Source: Mobula hypostoma (lineage: Eukaryota). Taken from it: a stretch of 64,000 bases of DNA. Location: contig NC_086097.1 of assembly GCF_963921235.1 (NCBI RefSeq), positions 28,894,001 to 28,958,000 of the forward strand, written 5' to 3'. The translations under genes were made by a program, and so were the position numbers. Positions 59,700 through 64,000 of the stretch are shown here, one piece after another. Position 1 is the first letter of the stretch, and each line of letters begins with the position of its first letter. Below the pieces are notes generated by a model, which saw only the letters and a list, made by a program, of their open reading frames with translations, was not told where the DNA came from and did no database searches.

Positions 59700-62445
59700 A
59701 GAACGTAGAATAGTACAGCACAGTACAGGCCCTTCGGCCCACAATGTTGTGCCGACCCTCAAACCCTGCCTCCCATATAAGCCCCCACCTTAAATTCCTC
59801 CATATACCTGTCTAGTAGTCTCTTAAATTTCACTAGTGTATCTGCCTCCACCACTGACTCAGGCAGTGCATTCCACGCACCAACCACTCTCTGAGTAAAA
59901 AACCTTCCTCTAATATCCCCCTTGAACTTCCCACCCCTTACCTTAAAGCCATGTCCTCTTGTATTGAGCAGTGGTGCCCTGGGGAAGAGGCGCTGGCTAT
60001 CCACTCTATCTATTCCTCTTATTATCTTGTACACCTCTATCATGTCTCCTCTCATCCTCCTTCTCTCCAAAGAGTAAAGCCCTAGCTCCCTTAATCTCTG
60101 ATCATAATCCATACTCTCTAAACCAGGCAGCATCCTGGTAAATCTCCTCTGTACCCTTTCCAATGCTTCCACATCCTTCCTATAGTGAGGTGACCAGAAC
60201 TGGACACAATACTCCAAGTGTGGCCTAACCAGAGTTTTATAGAGCTGCATCATTACATCGCGACTCTTAAACTCTATCCCTCGACTTATGGAAGCTAACA
60301 CCCCATAAGCTTTCTTAACTACCCTATCCACCTGTGAGGCAACCTTCAGGGATCTGTGGACATGTACCCCCAGATCCCTCTGCTCCTCCACACTACCAAG
60401 TATCCTGCCATTTACTTTGTACTCTGCCTTGGAGTTTGTCCTTCCAAAGTGTACCACCTCACACTTCTCTGGGTTGAACTCCATCTGCCACTTCTCAGCC
60501 CACTTCTGCATCCTATCAATGTCTCTCTGCAATCTTTGATAATCCTCTACACTAACTACAACACCACCAACCTTTGTGTCATCTGCAAACTTGCCAACCC
60601 ACCCTTCTACCCCCACATCCAGGTCGTTAATAAAAATCACGAAAAGTAGAGGTCGCAGAACAGATCCTTGTGGGACACCACTAGTCACAATCCTCCAATC
60701 TGAATGTACTCCCTCCACCACCACCCTCTGCCTTATGCAGGCAAGCCAATTCTGAATCCACCTGGCCAAACTTCCCTGGATCCCATGCCTTCTGACTTTC
60801 TGAATAAGCCTATCGTGTGGAACCTTGTCAAATGCCTTACTAAAATCCATATAGATCACATCCACTGCACTACCTTCATCTATATGTGTGGTCACCACCT
60901 CAAAGAACTCTATCAGGCTTGTTAGACACGATCTGCCCTTCACAAAGCCATGCTGACTGTCCCTGATCAGACCATGATTCTCTAAATGCCTATAGATCCT
61001 ACCTCTAAGAATCTTTTCCAACAGCTTTCCCACCACAGACGTAAGGCTCACTGGTCTATAATTACCCGGACTATCCCTACTACCTTTTTTGAACAAGGGA
61101 ACAACATTCTCCTCCCTCCAATCCTCCGGTACCATTCCTGTGGACAACGAGGACATAAAGATCCTAGACAGAGGCTCAGCAATATCTTCTCTCGCCTCGT
61201 GGAGCAGCCTGGGGAATATTCCGTCAGGCCCCGGGGACTTATCTGTCCTAATGTATTTTAACAACTCCAACACTTCCTCTCCCTTAATATCAGCATGCTC
61301 CAGAACATCAACCTCACTCATATTGTCCTCACCATCATCAAGTTCCCTCTCATTGGTGAATACCGAAGAGAAGTATTCATGCTCTTCTCAGCCCCTTCTT
61401 AAGCTCCTTTCTTGCTTCCCTATATTCCTCAATCGACCCATCTGATCCGTGCTTCCTAAACCTCATGTATGCTGTCTTCTTCCTCCTGACTAGATTTTCC
61501 ACCTCACTTGTCACCCATGGTTCCTTCACCCTACCATTCTTTATCTTCCTCACCAGGACAAATTTATCCCTTACATCTCACAAGAGATCTCTAAACATCA
61601 ACCACATGTCCATAGTAAATTTCCCTGCAAAAACATCATCCCAATTCACACCCGCAAGTTCTAGCCTTATGGCCTCATAATTTGCCTTTCCCCAATTAAA
61701 AATTTTCCTGTCCTCTTTGATTCTATCCTTTTCCATGATAATTATAAAGGCCAGGGAGCGGTGGTCACTGTCCCCCAGATGCTCACCCACTGAGAGATCT
61801 GTGACCTGACCCGGTTCATTACTTAGTACTAGATCTAGTATGGCATTCCCCCGGTCGGCCTGTCCACATACTGTGACAGGAATCCATCCTGGACACACTT
61901 AACAAACTCTGCCCCATCTAAACCCTTGGAACTAATCAGGTGCCAATCAATATTAGGGAAGTTAAAGTCACCCATGATAACAACCCTGTTATTTTTGCAC
62001 CTTTCCAAAATCTGCCTCCAAATCTGCTCCTCTGTATCTCTGCTGCTACCAGGGGGCCTATAGAATACCCCCAGTAGAGTAACTGCTCCCTTCCTGTTCC
62101 TGACTTCCACCCATATTGACTCAAAAGAGGATCCTGCTACATTACCCACCCTTTCTGTAGCTGTAATAGTATCCCTGCCCAGTAATGCCACCCCTCCTCC
62201 CCTTTTTCTACCCTCTCTATCCCTTTTAAAGCACTGAAATCCAGGAATATTGAGAATCCATTCCTGCCCTGGTGCCAGCCAAGTCTCTGTAATGGCCACT
62301 ACATCATAATTCCATGTATGTATCCAAGCTCTCAGTTCATCACCTTTGTTCCTGATGCTTCTTGCATTGAGGTACACACATTTCAGCCCTTCTACCTTAC
62401 TGTCTTTACACGGTTTATTCTGCTTCTCTTTCCTCAAAGCCTCTC
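59700..62445 (-). mobile_element. Young CR1-clade LINE with most of ORF2 (EN 61578-62437, frameshifted; open 520-aa RT/C-terminal ORF 59759..61321)
   Basis: YLNARS, ITETWL and GDFNFP EN motifs; SGVPQGSVL and KFADDT RT motifs; probable internal deletion near 61380. Confidence 0.95.
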
Positions 62446-62759
62446 CGTATCACTGCAAGGTGTTTGGAAAAGATTACATGGAGGATGTTAGAGTTAAGTT
62501 TTTTTACACAGAATGGTGAGTGTGTGGAACGCCCCACCAGGAGTGCTGGTAAAGAGACATTGAGAGACTCTTGGATGGGCACATGAGTGAAAGGAAAATA
62601 GAGGGAAGGGTTAGTTTGATCTTAAAGTAGGTTAAAAGATCAGCATTGTAGGCTGAAGAGCCTATACTGTGTTGTTACGCTCTATGACACTGCTGATCAA
62701 CTTTGTGCTACTTACTACGAGGGGAGGGCCGTGGATATGCACAGACGGTCCGTGATATT

Positions 62760-63222
62760 AAACAAGGATGTTGCCGGGTCTGGAGGACCCGAGCTATAAG
62801 GAAAGATTGAATGGGTTAGGACTGTATTCTTTAGAACGTAGAAGATTGATGGGAGATTTGATAGAGGAATACAAAATTATGAGGGGTATAGATAGGGCAA
62901 GTGCAAGCTGGCTTTTCCACTGAGGTTGGGTCGGACTGCAACCAGAGGTCATGGTTTAAGAGTGGAAGGTGAAAAGTTTAAGGGGAGCATGAGGGCAAAC
63001 CTCTTCACTCTGAGGGTTGTGAGGGTGTGTGATGAGCTGCCAGCACAAGTGGTCCATGCGAGTTCGATTTGAACAGTTAAGAGAAGTTTGCAGGTACACG
63101 GATGGTAGGGGTAGGGAGGTCTATGGTCCTGGTGCAGGTCATTGGGAATAGGAAGCTTAACTGGTTTCTGCATGGATGAAATGGGCTGAATGGCTTGTTT
63201 CTGTACTGTACCCCTCTATGAC
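62760..63222 (+). mobile_element. CR1 3' fragment
   Basis: RMLPGLED-type coding remnant and a ctctatgact tail. Confidence 0.8.
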
Positions 63223-63289
63223 TGCATATTGTTGCCATCACTCTGACAAGATCGAAATTTAAACAGGACCGCCCTGGGGTATAGAATTT

Positions 63290-64000
63290 TCAGCTGTGGC
63301 AGGAAGTGGTAAAAGTGGGAGAAGTACTTCACTGTTCATCAAAGACTGCATTACAGCTGCACCAACCGGGTCTCTGGCACTGATCCTGCCTCTGTGGCTC
63401 AGGAAGGAAGTAGAGAGGAGTGCAGTAGTGATAGGGGATGTCAGAATTAGAAAAGAAAGCAGATTCTGTGGATGTGATAGAGACACCTGGATGGTACACT
63501 GCCTCCCAGGTGCCAGGGTCAGGGACATCTTGAATATGGTCCACAGCATTCTGAAGAGGGAGGATAAACAGCCAGAGGTCATGATACATATTGGTACCAG
63601 TGACATAGGTAGGGAAAGGGAGTCGAAATAGGGAGACAGTCAGAAAGCTGAAAAGCAAGCCCTCCAGGGTTGTACTCTCTGTATTGCTGCAATTCACCCT
63701 GCAGTTTGAGAAGGGGAAGCTAAAATTGGATGTATGAATATTACAGTGGAGTAATTACCGAGGAATTACAGAGGGTTGGGAGAAGAGCTTTTCAAAGTTG
63801 GTTGGAAGGGGGCACGAGCAGGGATGAAGGCAGATCAGCAAAGGCTGGTGTTTCTGGGGGCAATCTGGGAGGCTCAGGAAAGATATATTCCAAAAATGAA
63901 GACGTATTCTAAAGGGAAGTCAAAGACAGCATAAAAACAAAAGAGAGGGCATATACTATTGCAAAAATTAGTGGGGTTAAAGGATTGGGAAGCTTTTAAA
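63290..64000 (+). mobile_element. Decayed CR1 ORF1 (SGNH esterase-like) and ORF2 fragments
   Basis: VVIGD...CLPGARVRD...VMIHIGTSDIG. Confidence 0.75.

Noticed and set aside
59759..62437. Autonomous active CR1
   Set aside because: ORF1 is absent, the EN region is frameshifted and there is an apparent internal deletion near 61380.

Overview
Eukaryotic (vertebrate) genomic DNA; the repeat mix of CR1, Rex1/Babar, L1, Penelope, Tc1 and V-SINE-like elements suggests a cartilaginous fish, probably a ray (inference). One host gene is visible: the 3' ten coding exons of an LRRC74A-like leucine-rich-repeat/EF-hand-like gene on the minus strand (56441 to stop at 6977). All introns are GT-AG and the exon phases join in frame; the 5' exons were not found and probably lie beyond the window. 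The introns are filled with nested mobile elements. Highlights: (1) a decayed, internally deleted class I endogenous retrovirus (39017-48898, minus), not recognisable from the ORF track, with two LTRs, a 4-bp TSD, a tRNA-Ser PBS, integrase remnants and a gamma-type env (CWVC, SKR cleavage site, immunosuppressive domain, CX6CC). (2) Many Penelope-derived minimal type I hammerhead ribozyme motifs, one intact and sense to the host pre-mRNA. (3) A ~94%-identical inverted pair of these ribozyme repeats bracketing two coding exons. (4) A full-length L1 with TSD, a near full-length Rex1-like LINE, two solo LTRs, Tc1 elements and a 35-bp minisatellite. All calls were made by eye, without database searches.
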